From the NCBI RefSeq assembly GCF_000181795.1, contig NW_003526943.1, forward strand, positions 4,903,081 to 4,967,080: a DNA stretch of 64,000 nt. Reading direction: 5' to 3'. This stretch comes from Trichinella spiralis (Eukaryota). Of the stretch, positions 44,940 to 57,800 are shown in pieces. Under the pieces are notes generated by a model. The model worked only from the letters and a program-made list of their open reading frames with translations, had not been told where the DNA came from and searched no databases. How positions within the stretch are numbered: the stretch's first letter is position 1; each line of letters opens with the position of its first letter. The position numbers and the translations under genes were made by a program.

Positions 44940-46717
44940 ATGTTCCGTCTACCAGTCACAGATTGCATTAAGCAAATTTCTAGCGTTTTGTCACGTACGC
45001 AACTTTTGTCATCCTGGCGTAAATTCTCTAGCCATACTGCTGAAGAAACACCTGAACAGTTTGATAAAAGATTTATCGATTTTTTCAATCAACCAGATAT
45101 CGATGGATGGCTTGTTCGCAAAGGTATGTTTCACTTTTTTAAGCATTGATCTGCTTTTTTGATCTGCAATCTAATGTTTTTGTTATTGGAGAGAAATTTA
45201 GGCAAAACGAGTCCGATTTAATCCTATTAACGATAAAAATCTTATATTATGTTTTATCTGTTTAACTGATATGTGTATTATTTTTTTCCTACGTAAAAAC
45301 GTTTACTAGTTTTCAGTTTTATTTGTTGTATTTAGTAAAATGACAACTGTTTTTTGTTTTAAAACTACATTTTTTCTATAGCATCTGTGATCAATTTTAG
45401 TGAAAGTTAGCAGTAAAGTTGAACTTTAATTAATACTAAAGAAATTTGGTTTGAATTTAAGCACTTTTTAAATTTTTATGAAGATTTCTACTCAAATATG
45501 TAACATTTGTAAAATATTAGAATTAAGTAATTTTATTCGTAAAATATTTTTTTGTTTGTTTAACGATAAAATGATAGTGATATTATTTTACAGTGGCCGT
45601 TGGCAATTTGTAAATTTATGGTTTTATGATAAGTTGATTATTAATTTTAATATGTTAATGAAAGTGCATTCACGTCGGTCAAGGTTGGTGATATGAAATT
45701 ATTGCAAAAGCTATTTTCAAATGTCGCTTTATTTAGGACTGTATGAGCTTCACTGCCATGATATTGTGCCAGAGCCTACCGTAGCAGCAGCAGCGCTTCG
45801 TGCTTGTCGTCGTGTGAATGATTATGCCTTAGCTGTGAGGTTTTTGGAAGCGATAAAATTGAAATGCGGTCGGCATGCTTCCAAAATATACCCGTACATT
45901 ATACAGGAGGTAAGAATTCGCATTGAGAAGAACATATGCTAATGCAATATTTGACAGATGGAATATATAAAACAGCGGTTAATACTGACAGATGTGTTTT
46001 TATGAATAATTTTGATGATGATGATTAAATTAAGTGATTTTATTATTAAAATTTGATGTTAATTTCTTTTTGATTTTGATGAAAATTGCATGTTTTGTAA
46101 TTAAAGTGTTTTGCTGATTTTGAAGTAAGATTTAGAAATAAATGATTACCTTGTGAAATTCAGTTGATTTCAGTAATTATTTCTGTTAATTATAAAGTAG
46201 TTCGTTGTAATACGTTTTAGAACTATGCTTTAATATTATTCAAGTTATTAGATAATGTTTGATGATGCAGATAGATTTTATGCAGTTTGAAATTGTTGTA
46301 TTCTGTATAAAAAAAATTTTCTTTTTCTTAAAGTATGACAAATTTTAATGAATGTTGACAAATGAAATAATATTTTTGCGTAATTTGGAAGATTATTAAA
46401 AAATGTCAAAAACATACATGCATAACTGCAGATAGTTTATTTTGTGTTATTACTTTGTGATCAATAGATCGTATAAATTATGTTTTCTAACCGTTTTCTT
46501 TGCATTTTTCATTAAGTTGTTGATACGTATATTTTTTATTTACAATTTGATTTTTCAGCTTCGACCAGTTTTGAACGAACTTGGCATTTCTACTCCGGAA
46601 GAAATGCAATTTGACAAGCCGCAGTTGTTTAAGCCTTCACCAGACTGGTGGCCGGAAGAGTATTATGAAATATACAAGTTTCCCAAACACAGCACGTATC
46701 CAATGAAATATGTTTGA
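44940..46717 (+). CDS. cox-5A: Cytochrome c oxidase subunit 5A, copy 2; exons 44940-45123, 45737-45909, 46559-46717
   Basis: Same exon structure as copy 1; one visible substitution in the presequence (DCVKQ vs DCIKQ). Confidence 0.95.
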
Positions 46718-47024
46718 TTAAATATTTATCAGTTTATTTTTCGAAAACAGTATGGGTTTAGTATAAAGAACGCAAGGAATGTATTAAATATTTTGATGAA
46801 TTTTGAATTTTGGTGATTTTGAATAAGCAAATTGTTGTTGTTGTTGTTGTTGAATATTGAACAAAGAATAATTTTTTAAACACGGACATAACATATTATA
46901 ATTTTATTTGAATGTTAACAACAACCGATTAATACATTTATCATTTATCAGTTAAAACTGAAAAAACACTTAAGCATCACAGTAAATTAAAAAAAATTAA
47001 GTACAATGGATAATTATGATTGAG

Positions 47025-47794
47025 TTACTGTTGTTTAAAAATTTTCAAGGCATTCTCGTGGAACTCTAGCCTGTATTTGATGAGCATCCGAAGTGCCTCC
47101 ATCACTTCATTTTCATAGTTTGAAAAATTGTCCAGCAGTTCATAACTTTTTTGCAGTTCTTTGTGGTAAGTTTCCTTCACTTGCTTGAGCCGTCGTTCGA
47201 CTTCTTTCATTTTGGCATCCGCTTTCACCAGTTTTCCGCCTTCAGTCGCTTGTTCGAATTTCAACTTCAGCGCTTCGTATTTGTCATTCTCCCTGTTGTA
47301 ACTGCTGAACAGCACGTCGACCTTTGTTTTGACGTTTTTGATCAGCGGCAGATGATCATCAAAATAGTTTTCCATTTTGACAATTCTACACAAAAGTGGG
47401 GGTGGAAGAAGAGGATGAAAAAGCAAGAAAAAATATGATAAATTGAAAAAGCTTACGCCTTGATGGAAACTTGCTTCAAATAATTCAGATTTTGCTCGGA
47501 CAATTCGGCAAACATCTCGTGGGCTTTATCGACACTATTTTTTGCACCATCATGTTTCATTGTTGAGGACAGTTGTTTCAACGATTTCGAAAGTTTGAAA
47601 ATTTCATCGTCTGTCAGCGATGGTAGCATGTGCGGATTTTTACGATGCTTTTTTGAATTTTGCACAACACCTTTTACCAGTTCGATCATCTCTTTCAAAT
47701 TGTCCGCAAACAATATCAATTTGGAGTACTGATCGGAAAACTTTTCATCCCCTTGAGGTCCTTCAATTTTTTGTTTTATCCAATTCCGAGCCAT
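47025..47794 (-). CDS. Endophilin-like BAR-domain-only protein, copy 2; exons 47794-47457, 47385-47025
   Basis: Identical structure to 2583-3352 with two substitutions (LVKCVV>LVKGVV, KNGVD>KNSVD). Confidence 0.7.
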
Positions 47795-48516
47795 TTTGAT
47801 AGGACGATATTTGCATAATTTTCTCTCGGATCAAACTGCCTTATTATGAAACTGAAATTTCAACGCCACACGGAGTAAAGTTTACAATTTTTTACCTTCG
47901 AATATTTTAAAGTTCTTTTTAAAGTCATTTATGTTTAAATTTATTTAAACTTTAAACTGTACATTAACCAATGACATTGTTATTATTATTTATGCTATTA
48001 CGAAAGAAAATCAAGTATTTTTTATAATTTTCCATTGATTCACTGCATGCTGTTATTGCTATATTTCGACTGCAGTAGCCTTTGACAGTATTCTTGAAAT
48101 TTAACCTTGAAAATTGTATAATCAGATCGAAATGAACACGAAAGAATAATACGACTCGCCGAATTTGTGTAAACTGATTGTTGAAACATGTTTCCACTAA
48201 TGTTAGGCTGGTAAAGCTAGACTAGTATAAAATTTTCCTTTTATATATGCTATGGAAATGGCTTCACAAATTATAGCACAACTCACATTAACTGTATCAG
48301 GGATAGATAACTCGAAATTGTGTGAGTTGAGCGCACAGATAATTTCCTTTCTGGAAAGAAGAACAGTTTAATCAGTCAGCATGAAATAAAATTCAATATT
48401 CTGATACTGATATTCGTAAACATTGCCTTGTGAACTTTTTTAAGATCAACTTCACTGACTTTATATATCTTAGTTATTCAGACCAATAAAAAACGCTCTC
48501 ACGTTANNNNNNNNNN

Positions 48517-49863
48517 AAATTTTCGATTGTGACCGATAAGTGAAGGCAAATTAGATATACGGTCTAGTATTCGATTCAACACAATTTATTGTGTTAGTTC
48601 AATTTGACGTAAAGGCGTTAAGTGGAGTTCCCGGTGTGGCTTGACTTATGACAAAGAGTAAGAATGAATTGGATTATTCTGTATAATAGCAACAGAATAC
48701 ATTAAAACAATTGACCAGGTATGGAGTCGCTATGCATTCTGCCACGGTAGCAGTTAAAGTTACCCTCAATGTTCCAAATGTGGTACCAGTAAGTATTGAA
48801 ATTATTCTTGGTTTGGATTCTGCTACTTTTCATATATTTGATCATATATTTTTGGTGTGTTCTGTTCAATATTTCACAACGACAATGATGATTTGAAACG
48901 ACCAGCAGAAAGAGCTATGCACTGATAATCAACCAACAGTCATTGATTCAAAAGAGGATATACATTTGAGAAAATTCTAACAGCAAAATTCCTTATTAAG
49001 AACAGCATCACCGACATGGTACAAATCGTGGATCAGTTCATAGAACAGGATTTTGTTTATGAGTTGGAAATATGTTCCAAAAAGAAGTCGGAATGTTCTT
49101 GGAATAATATCTTGTCATTCGAATATGCCAATCGCACTTACTTTTTGACCAATAATAATAACATTACCTATCGCATATGAAAAAAATGAAAAATTAAATG
49201 CTACCTTCAAATGTGACAAGTAGGTACAACAATAAAAACATAGAGAAATTTTTTTTTCAAATTTTGCAACAAACTCATGTAATGCTTTTTTTTTATTTTT
49301 CATCATCGATAATTATTTTTTACAAAACCGCCTTCCAATAGACAGAGAGAAATTTGCATTGTTCGATTCAGCATGCATATTTTCCCAAAAGATCACACTA
49401 GTGCACACAGAAATGAAACGAACAGCAATAAATCCCGACTGGGTGGGCAAAGTAAGAAATAATGGATAATAAGGTAAAATAAATTTGGAAATATAAAATT
49501 AAAAATATAAAAAAAAAACTCTGGACAAATCCACCGGGGGAAAAATATAAAAAACTTGGCCACACAAGTCAAATTGTGTATATTTCATTGGGGGGGGAAA
49601 AAACAAAAAATCCACCCTTATTTATTAAAAAAAATGGGTTATAAAAAAAAAAAACCGTTAGCCAAAATTTTTAAAAAAGTGGGAATATTATTACAGAAAA
49701 AAAGGGAGTTCCTTTGGAAAAAGGGGCGTGGATGAAATTTTTTGGAAAAAACAAAATTTGGGAATGGGGGTTTTTTTTTTTCTCGCCCCCCCCGTGGGTT
49801 GTCCTTCCCCAAAAAAAAAAATCCCAAAAAAACATGCCCCACAAATGGGGAAAAAAAAAAAAA
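48517..49863 (+). other. Small contig duplicating ~8089-9400 (repeat fragment plus NLK-downstream junction) that decays into low-quality sequence
   Basis: Close match to 8089 onward. After ~49420 it shows progressively inflated homopolymers typical of a poor read tail. Flanked by N gaps. Confidence 0.85.
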
Positions 49864-50010
49864 NNNNNNNNNNNNNNNNNNNNNNNNNNNNNNNNNNNNN
49901 NNNNNNNNNNNNNNNNNNNNNNNNNNNNNNNNNNNNNNNNNNNNNNNNNNNNNNNNNNNNNNNNNNNNNNNNNNNNNNNNNNNNNNNNNNNNNNNNNNNN
50001 NNNNNNNNNN

Positions 50011-53000
50011 AAGGTGAGAACAGTAACACTTGATGATTTCATCACAAGAAACCCAACATGGGGAATCAATGGCTTGTCCATTATGCAAATGATTATTAAC
50101 ATTATCAGTATAGTAAGTAAGTGAACATTTTTATAAATATTTCAAATAAATTTTATTGTGGAAATTCTGACTTTTGTTAGAATCAATGAATGTATTGTAA
50201 GCACATGCTATAATGTCCTGGTACAATGCTGTTTTGCTTAAAGCTTTTTTTTCAGGAACTGAACCAGAGCGTCAAACGGAGTAGGCTAGTACAAAGAAAA
50301 GTAACCATAACTGCTGAATAATTGCAAAACAAATGATATAAGGAAGATATGAGAAGAACAATATAAATAATACTGATAAAGCAATATTTACAAAAAATAA
50401 TTACATGTAGCAATTTTACCATAAATTGCTAATATTCTATTTAATCAGTAATAAATGGTAGAAACAATATTTTGGACAGTAAAAAAATAGCACAGCAATT
50501 ATAATCGTAATTGTTAGTGATGAATATTTAAATAGCAAAGAAAAACAGCATTAATAGTTATTGAGAATCACTATGATTAGTTTATGTAATAAAATTGTTC
50601 ATAACAATAACGGCGGGATACGGCTGTGCGCGTGATCCTTTGCCGGCGTGAAATGTTGAAAATGGTATCTCCGGGCTATGTAACTGAGGTAGCTCCTCGC
50701 CCGCATTTAAAAGCGCATATAAAAATTTTTGATAATTTTCATAACTCATGAATTTATCGATTAATGTACATGTAAGCTCTATGATCGCTTTAGATTTGTA
50801 TTAAAACCAAATTTCGATTTTTCAATTTTCTTTCGTTTTTCTCAGACGTCATTGGGTGCTTCTATACAAGTTTACTTTGTATGTAGTAGTTTTCGATAGA
50901 AATAAATGCGAAATGGAAATAAAATAATTACACAACCCATGTCAAATTTATGTTAGTATTCTCTGTATTTATTGGAATAGTTTTGTGATATCTTTTTATA
51001 CGATATATAATACAAATGGCATAGATTTTGAAAATTGTAGTAAATTTTTATTGGTTGCTTCACGAGTGCAATTAATATTGTGCAATTTAGATGTAATGAA
51101 ATTTTCAATTATATGCAGCCGTGGATTTCATGAGAAATTTGCCAAAACAGCTTGTCAGAATAAATGATACTTTATAATAGAAATAAATAAATATCATTGC
51201 AAAAATTTTATATCAAAACTCATCACGCTTTACATAATATATACACTTTTTATACGCGCTATAACCTTAGCTATTTTTGGAAGATGGAAAGCGTTTTTTC
51301 TAAATTTTCGATTGTGACCGATAAGTGAATGCAAATTAGATATACGGTCTAGTATTCGATTCAACACAATTTATTGTGTTAGTTCAATTTGACGTAAAGG
51401 CGTTAAGTGGAGTTCCCGGTGTGGCTTGACTTATGACAAAGAGTAAGAATGAATTGGATTATTCTGTATAATAGCAACAGAATACATTAAAACAATTGAC
51501 CAGGTATGGAGTCGCTATGCATTCTGCCACGGTAGCAGTTAAAGTTACCCTCAATGTTCCAAATGTGGTACCAGTAAGTATTGAAATTATTCTTGGTTTG
51601 GATTCTGCTACTTTTCATATATTTGATCATATATTTTTGGTGTGTTCTGTTCAATATTTCACAACGACAATGATGATTTGAAACGACCAGCAGAAAGAGC
51701 TATGCACTGATAATCAACCAGCAGTCATTGATTCAAAAGAGGATATACCTTTGAGAAAATTCTAACAGCAAAATTCCTTAAGAACCGCATCACCAACGTT
51801 ACACAAATCATAGATCACTTCATAGAACAGGATTTTGTTCATGAGTTGCAAAGAAGCTCCAAAGCAAGTCGGGATGTTCTTGAAATAATATCTTGTTATC
51901 AAGAAATTCAACATGAGAGAAAACGTAAGGTGAGACAGTAAACACTTGATGATTTCATCACCAAGAAACCCAACATTGGGGAATCAATGGCTTGTCCATT
52001 ATGCAAATGATTATTAACATTATCAGTATAGTAAGTAAGTGAACATTTTTATAAATATTTCAAATAAATTTTATTGTGGAAATTCTGACTTTTGTTAGAA
52101 TCAATGAATGTATTGTAAGCACATGCTATAATGTCCTGGTACAATGCTGTTTTGCTTAAAGCTTTTTTTTCAGGAACTGAACCAGAGCGTCAAACGGAGT
52201 AGGCTAGTACAAAGAAAAGTAACCATAACTGCTGAATAATTGCAAAACAAATGATATAAGGAAGATATGAGAAGAACAATATAAATAATACTGATAAAGC
52301 AATATTTACAAAAAATAATTACATGTAGCAATTTTACCATAAATTGCTAATATTCTATTTAATCAGTAATAAATGGTAGAAACAATATTTTGGACAGTAA
52401 AAAAATAGCACAGCAATTATAATCGTAATTGTTAGTGATGAATATTTAAATAGCAAAGAAAAACAGCATTAATAGTTATTGAGAATCACTATGATTAGTT
52501 TATGTAATAAAATTGTTCATAACAATAACGGCGGGATACGGCTGTGCGCGTGATCCTTTGCCGGCGTGAAATGTTGAAAATGGTATCTCCGGGCTATGTA
52601 ACTGAGGTAGCTCCTCGCCCGCATTTAAAAGCGCATATAAAAATTTTTGATAATTTTCATAACTCATGAATTTATCGATTAATGTACATGTAAGCTCTAT
52701 GATCGCTTTAGATTTGTATTAAAACCAAATTTCGATTTTTTCAATTTTCTTTCGGTTTTTTNNNNNNNNNNGGGGAATCAATGGCTTGTCCTTTATGCAA
52801 ATGATATACATATCAGTATAGTAGTAAGTGACATTTTATAAATATTTAAATAATTTTATTGTGGAAAATTCTGACTTTGTTAGAATCAATGAATGTATTG
52901 TAAGCACATGCTATAATGTCCTGGTACAATGCTGTTTTGCTTAAAGCTTTTTTTTCAGGAACTGAACCAGAGCGTCAAACGGAGTAGGCTAGTACAAAGA

Positions 53001-54437
53001 AAAGTAACCATAACTGCTGAATAATTGCAAAACAAATGATATAAGGAAGATATGAGAAGAACAATATAAATAATACTGATAAAGCAATATTTACAAAAAA
53101 TAATTACATGTAGCAATTTTACCATAAATTGCTAATATTCTATTTAATCAGTAATAAATGGTAGAAACAATATTTTGGACAGTAAAAAAATAGCACAGCA
53201 ATTATAATCGTAATTGTTAGTGATGAATATTTAAATAGCAAAGAAAAACAGCATTAATAGTTATTGAGAATCACTATGATTAGTTTATGTAATAAAATTG
53301 TTCATAACAATAACGGCGGGATACGGCTGTGCGCGTGATCCTTTGCCGGCGTGAAATGTTGAAAATGGTATCTCCGGGCTATGTAACTGAGGTAGCTCCT
53401 CGCCCGCATTTAAAAGCGCATATAAAAATTTTTGATAATTTTCATAACTCATGAATTTATCGATTAATGTACATGTAAGCTTTATGATCGCTTTAGATTT
53501 GTATTAAAACCAAATTTCGCTTTTTCAATTTTCTTTCGTTTTTCTCAGACGTCATTGGGTGCTTCTATACAAGTTCACTTTGAATGTAGTAGTTTTCGAT
53601 AGAAATAAATGTGAAATGGAAATAAAATAATTACACAACCCATGTCAAATTTATGTTAGTATTCTCTGTATTTATTGGAATAGTTTTGTGATATCTTTTT
53701 ATACGATATATAATACAAATGGCATAGATTTTGAAAATTGTAGTAAATTTTTATTGGTTGCTTCACGAGTGCAATTAATATTGTGCAATTTAGATGTAAT
53801 GAAATTTTCAATTATATGCAGCCGTGGATTTCATGAGAAATTTGCCAAAACAGCTTGTCAGAATAAATGATACTTTATAATAGAAATAAATAAATATCAT
53901 TGCAAAAATTTTATATCAAAACTCATCACGCTTTGCATAATATATACACTTTTTATACGCGCTATAACCTTAGCTATTTTTGGAAGATGGAAAGCGTTTT
54001 TTCTAAATTTTCGATTGTGACCGATAAGTGAATGCAAATTAGATATACGGTCTAGTATTCGATTCAACACAATTTATTGTGTTAGTTCAATTTGACGTAA
54101 AGGCGTTAAGTGGAGTTCCCGGTGTGGCTTGACTTATGACAAAGAGTAAGAATGAATTGGATTATTCTGTATAATAGCAACAGAATACATTAAAACAATT
54201 GACCAGGTATGGAGTCGCTATGCATTCTGCCACGGTAGCAGTTAAAGTTACCCTCAACGTTCCAAATGGGGTACCAGTAAGTATTGAAATTATTCTTGGT
54301 TTGGATTCTGCTACTTTTCATATATTTGATCATATATTTTTGGTGTGTTCTGTTCAATATTTCACAACGACAATGATGATTTGAAACGACCAGCAGAAAG
54401 AGCTATGCACTGATAATCAACCAGCAGTCATTGATTC
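50011..54437 (+). repeat. Tandem repeat array, unit ~1.92 kb (copies 50011-51926, 51927-52761 partial, 52772-54437), interrupted and bounded by gaps
   Basis: Landmark CGGCGGGATACGGC occurs at 50611, 52529 (period 1918) and 53314. Identical ORF-track peptides recur at 50985/53688 and 51496/54199. Confidence 0.95.
51753..51974 (+). mobile_element. Relic of a Tigger/pogo-family (TIGD1-like) transposase C-terminus inside the repeat unit
   Basis: One frame reads EKILTAKFLKNRITNVTQIIDHFIEQDFVHELQRSSKASRDVLEIISCYQEIQHERKRKVRQ*TLDDFITKKPN. This matches the Tigger tail pattern (F..xD...ERSxKV...CY.EI..EKK....QTTLD.F). There is an internal stop and upstream frameshifts. Confidence 0.7.
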
Positions 54438-54834
54438 NNNNNNNNNNTCCAACAAAAGAAAGTCACGGTTCGTACTTGAATTAGGCATACTTCTATATGT
54501 ATAGGGACAAATGGCAATGCAATATAATTTTTAGTCATCAAAAAGAGATATGGCGTAGTCATTTCTGTTTTTTTTTATATTTCATATTGTCTAGATGCAA
54601 ATATTTTTCAAAAAGCGTAAAGCATCCTTAAAATTTATCATGTATTTGAATTTATTCAACTGTAGCAGTACAATGTTTTCTCATAATAAAAACAATTTGT
54701 CAAGGAAATGCTTCGTGAATTATATTTAATAAAATGCATATTGTAAATACATGACGTAAACAAACAGCAATGTTTCAATTAATTACTTATTATATAAAGA
54801 CAAATTCAAAAGATGTTAATTCAGTTATCATCAG

Positions 54835-57800
54835 ATGGCGTTTAAAAGTATAGCGTGGATTTTATCTGCTTTCTTAGTGTCGGCTTCATTATGTGATTTG
54901 GTAATTTCTTTAATTTTGAACATAGAACATAAACTACTTAGTTGTTTTTCTTTTTCTAAAATTTTTTCTTTTCTTCAGAATTATAGAATATTACTACTTG
55001 CAATATTAGATCACTGAAAAATTTTAATAAAAAGCTTATTTAAATTTAATATAATTTCAGTTTCCCAACAAAATATAACTTTAAAATAGAGTATTGCGCA
55101 CTTTCTCTTAATAATGTTATAATGAACAATAGTAAAAGCAATTGCAGCAATTTTTTTAACTCGATCACAGATTATTACTGATTGATTAATGATTACAAGG
55201 TGTATTTTATAATCATATAGATTTATCATTTATATGCAGTTTAGAATCATTTGAAGTTAGAAAGTAATATTATGCACTGGAAAAAGTTTTAGATTATAAG
55301 CTATAAAATTGCTTCAAAAAACTTAATTAAATTATTTCATTTCATAAATAGAAAAGTTTAAATATATCCCCATTAAAAAATGGAAATTCTCAATAATTAT
55401 TAGCAAAAAATATTTTCATTTTATGAACGCAAATAAACTTTCAGTAGAGCAATATTTGATTCCAAGAAAATATAATGACAATATTTGTTCATTTTCAATA
55501 AAGTCAAACAATATTTCAAAAAGAGGTAAAATCATCGTACAAATGTTATGGTTATTTTAGTTTCAGATAGTTACTGTTCAGCTATTTTACATCTCAATTA
55601 AACAAATTCTGTGCGTCCATTTTATTGCTATTTTATAATCTTTCTCATCTGTAACTTTTGCATTTTTATCCTTTTTTTATTATTGCACTGACAGTTGTCT
55701 TTCTGTCATCATACATATCACAAAGTTGCAACTAAAAAATAAGGTTGCTGCGTTTCTCTTATTTTTACAGCAAATTTTATAAAAATGAATTGCATGTGTG
55801 GCCGACATAGAGAGTTTTTGATTTGTAATATTTTATAATGCATTTATTAGAATTATCCTCAGTGCTTTTCCAAATGCTTTGCGTTTCAGTTTCTGTACTT
55901 TGCGTTAATTGTAAATTTTTTTAGCAAGACGATGCACAAGTCTTGGAAATTTTTGATGAATTCGATGGCAAACATTTGCCAAGTCCTGTGCCTGATGGCA
56001 CAGTTTGCAATTTTTCAAATTCTTCAATAGAAGCGGATATTGTGAAAGAAGCAATAACTGTGAAGAATAAACCAAAAGAGAGTTCACTTCTCTCTTCTGA
56101 TGCTGCTTTACATATTGCAAAACAGCTCAGTTCTTACATCAGTGCATCAGCTGAAGGAAACATGTTTTACTTGGTAACGCAGGCTATTAAGGGAGAAAAA
56201 TGTGATCCTGGAAATGAAGCTATGCATGTAATTCATGCAGTGATTAAAGAAACAGATTGTGACAAAAAAGAGGTATGAAATTAAACTCTTTAACTAGTTT
56301 TAGAATTTGTCTGAAAAATTTTTAAACGTTAAAATAAACGTTGTAAGAAGAAATAAAATATATAGTATGCAAAGATATTAATTTAAAATGTCTAAACTTT
56401 TGAAAACAAGTAGCTGCATAAAAATACCTCAACTGATTCGTTAGAAAAGCAGTGCTATTATATGCAAATAAAAATGACTTAATTTAACATTTTTATAATA
56501 CTTTTGGCTTTCCTTTGGCAAATTTAATGTTGTTTACAGCTCATTCCTTTTTATTTATAAAAATGCTATGAAAGCAAATATACTCATAAATTAATAATTT
56601 TGTTGCCTTCGCTGTTATTATAATTGCATATTTGACATAATTGCTGTTCAAAGAAATTATTTATCATATGACGCATTGACTACTCTTTATTTGTCTTAAA
56701 TTTATATAGATAGAAGAATGGGGTTCACACAGTGGTTGCCGAGTAAATGAACATGATTTTGGGCATCATTGCATCTGGATAGGAAAAGTTAAAGAAAGTA
56801 AAGTGACTGAAAATCATGGAATTTTTTGCGAAGTATATTTTAATGTAAGTTTTCATTAAAAATAAAAGTAAATGTATTATGTAAAAATAAATTAAAAAAT
56901 AGATCATTTCCATACAGCAATACTTTTAATAATGCCAAATAATTTGAAAGTTTTATAGATTATTACGTTATGTAATATGATTCATTTTAAAATTGGAATC
57001 GTGAGCTAAGCATGCGTCATCATAAAATTTATTCATATAATGTGAATAAATTAATTGTCATTAATCTATTCAGAGTTACAGTTTTTTCTCATCCGCACAA
57101 CCGCTTTGCCAGTCGTTAAGATATCATAATACAGGGGTATGATTATTATTTGCAATAATCACAATAAAATGACCCATGCTTTTTGAAGATGTTGCGTGTT
57201 ACACCAGCTAATGCCAAATTTTTTGAAGGAAGCTTCGTAGCATATAAACCTCCAGATTTTTCAGCAAGTTATCCTAAAGGAAAATCATTTGATGATTTTG
57301 ATCCATCTAATAAGTAATTTTTTATTTTTGTTAAATTACCATATTTTCTATAAACTGCTTTATAGAAAAATTAATTTAAATGGAAAAGATGGTAGCATTG
57401 ATAGGCGTCCAATGGATAACAAAAAATACACAGTAAAAGATGGTCGCCCTCAGAACCCAGGTGGTTTAACTGGATTACAAGGCAGAGGAGTACATCCTCG
57501 CTGGGGTTCAAATTTTATGGCAATATTTGTTATTACCAGGTATATTATATGAAAATCATTACCTCATTACTATTAATTTTTGTCAAAATATGTTCAAAAT
57601 TGCCACTAAAAAGTATATTGTAGTTTAAAATTTTTTTTAACAAACTATTGGAGTAGAATTCACTAATTAGTAATTTCTTAATACTAACATTTTTTTGATA
57701 TATTAAATCTTATAGGGTGAATTTAAATGTTTATCATTTTTATCTTATTTCAAAATCAATAAAATTGCTTAACTTTAAATGATTTCAGGCAAGAAGGTGA

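Larger units (their letters stand above)
44380..48506 (+). repeat. Near-identical second copy of window positions 1-4064 (cox-5A + BAR block)
   Basis: Collinear match with scattered SNPs and a net ~60-bp longer cox-5A intron 2; ends at an N gap. Confidence 0.95.

Noticed and set aside
49420..50124. ORFs and G/C homopolymer-rich sequence spanning the long N gap
   Set aside because: Degraded read tail of the ~9000-9400 sequence plus Ns; artefact.
50685..50704. let-7 seed (TGAGGTAG) and HDV-ribozyme-like loop (TCCTCGC) in the repeat unit
   Set aside because: The rest of let-7 is absent, and the P3/P1 pairings required for an HDV-like fold cannot be formed.
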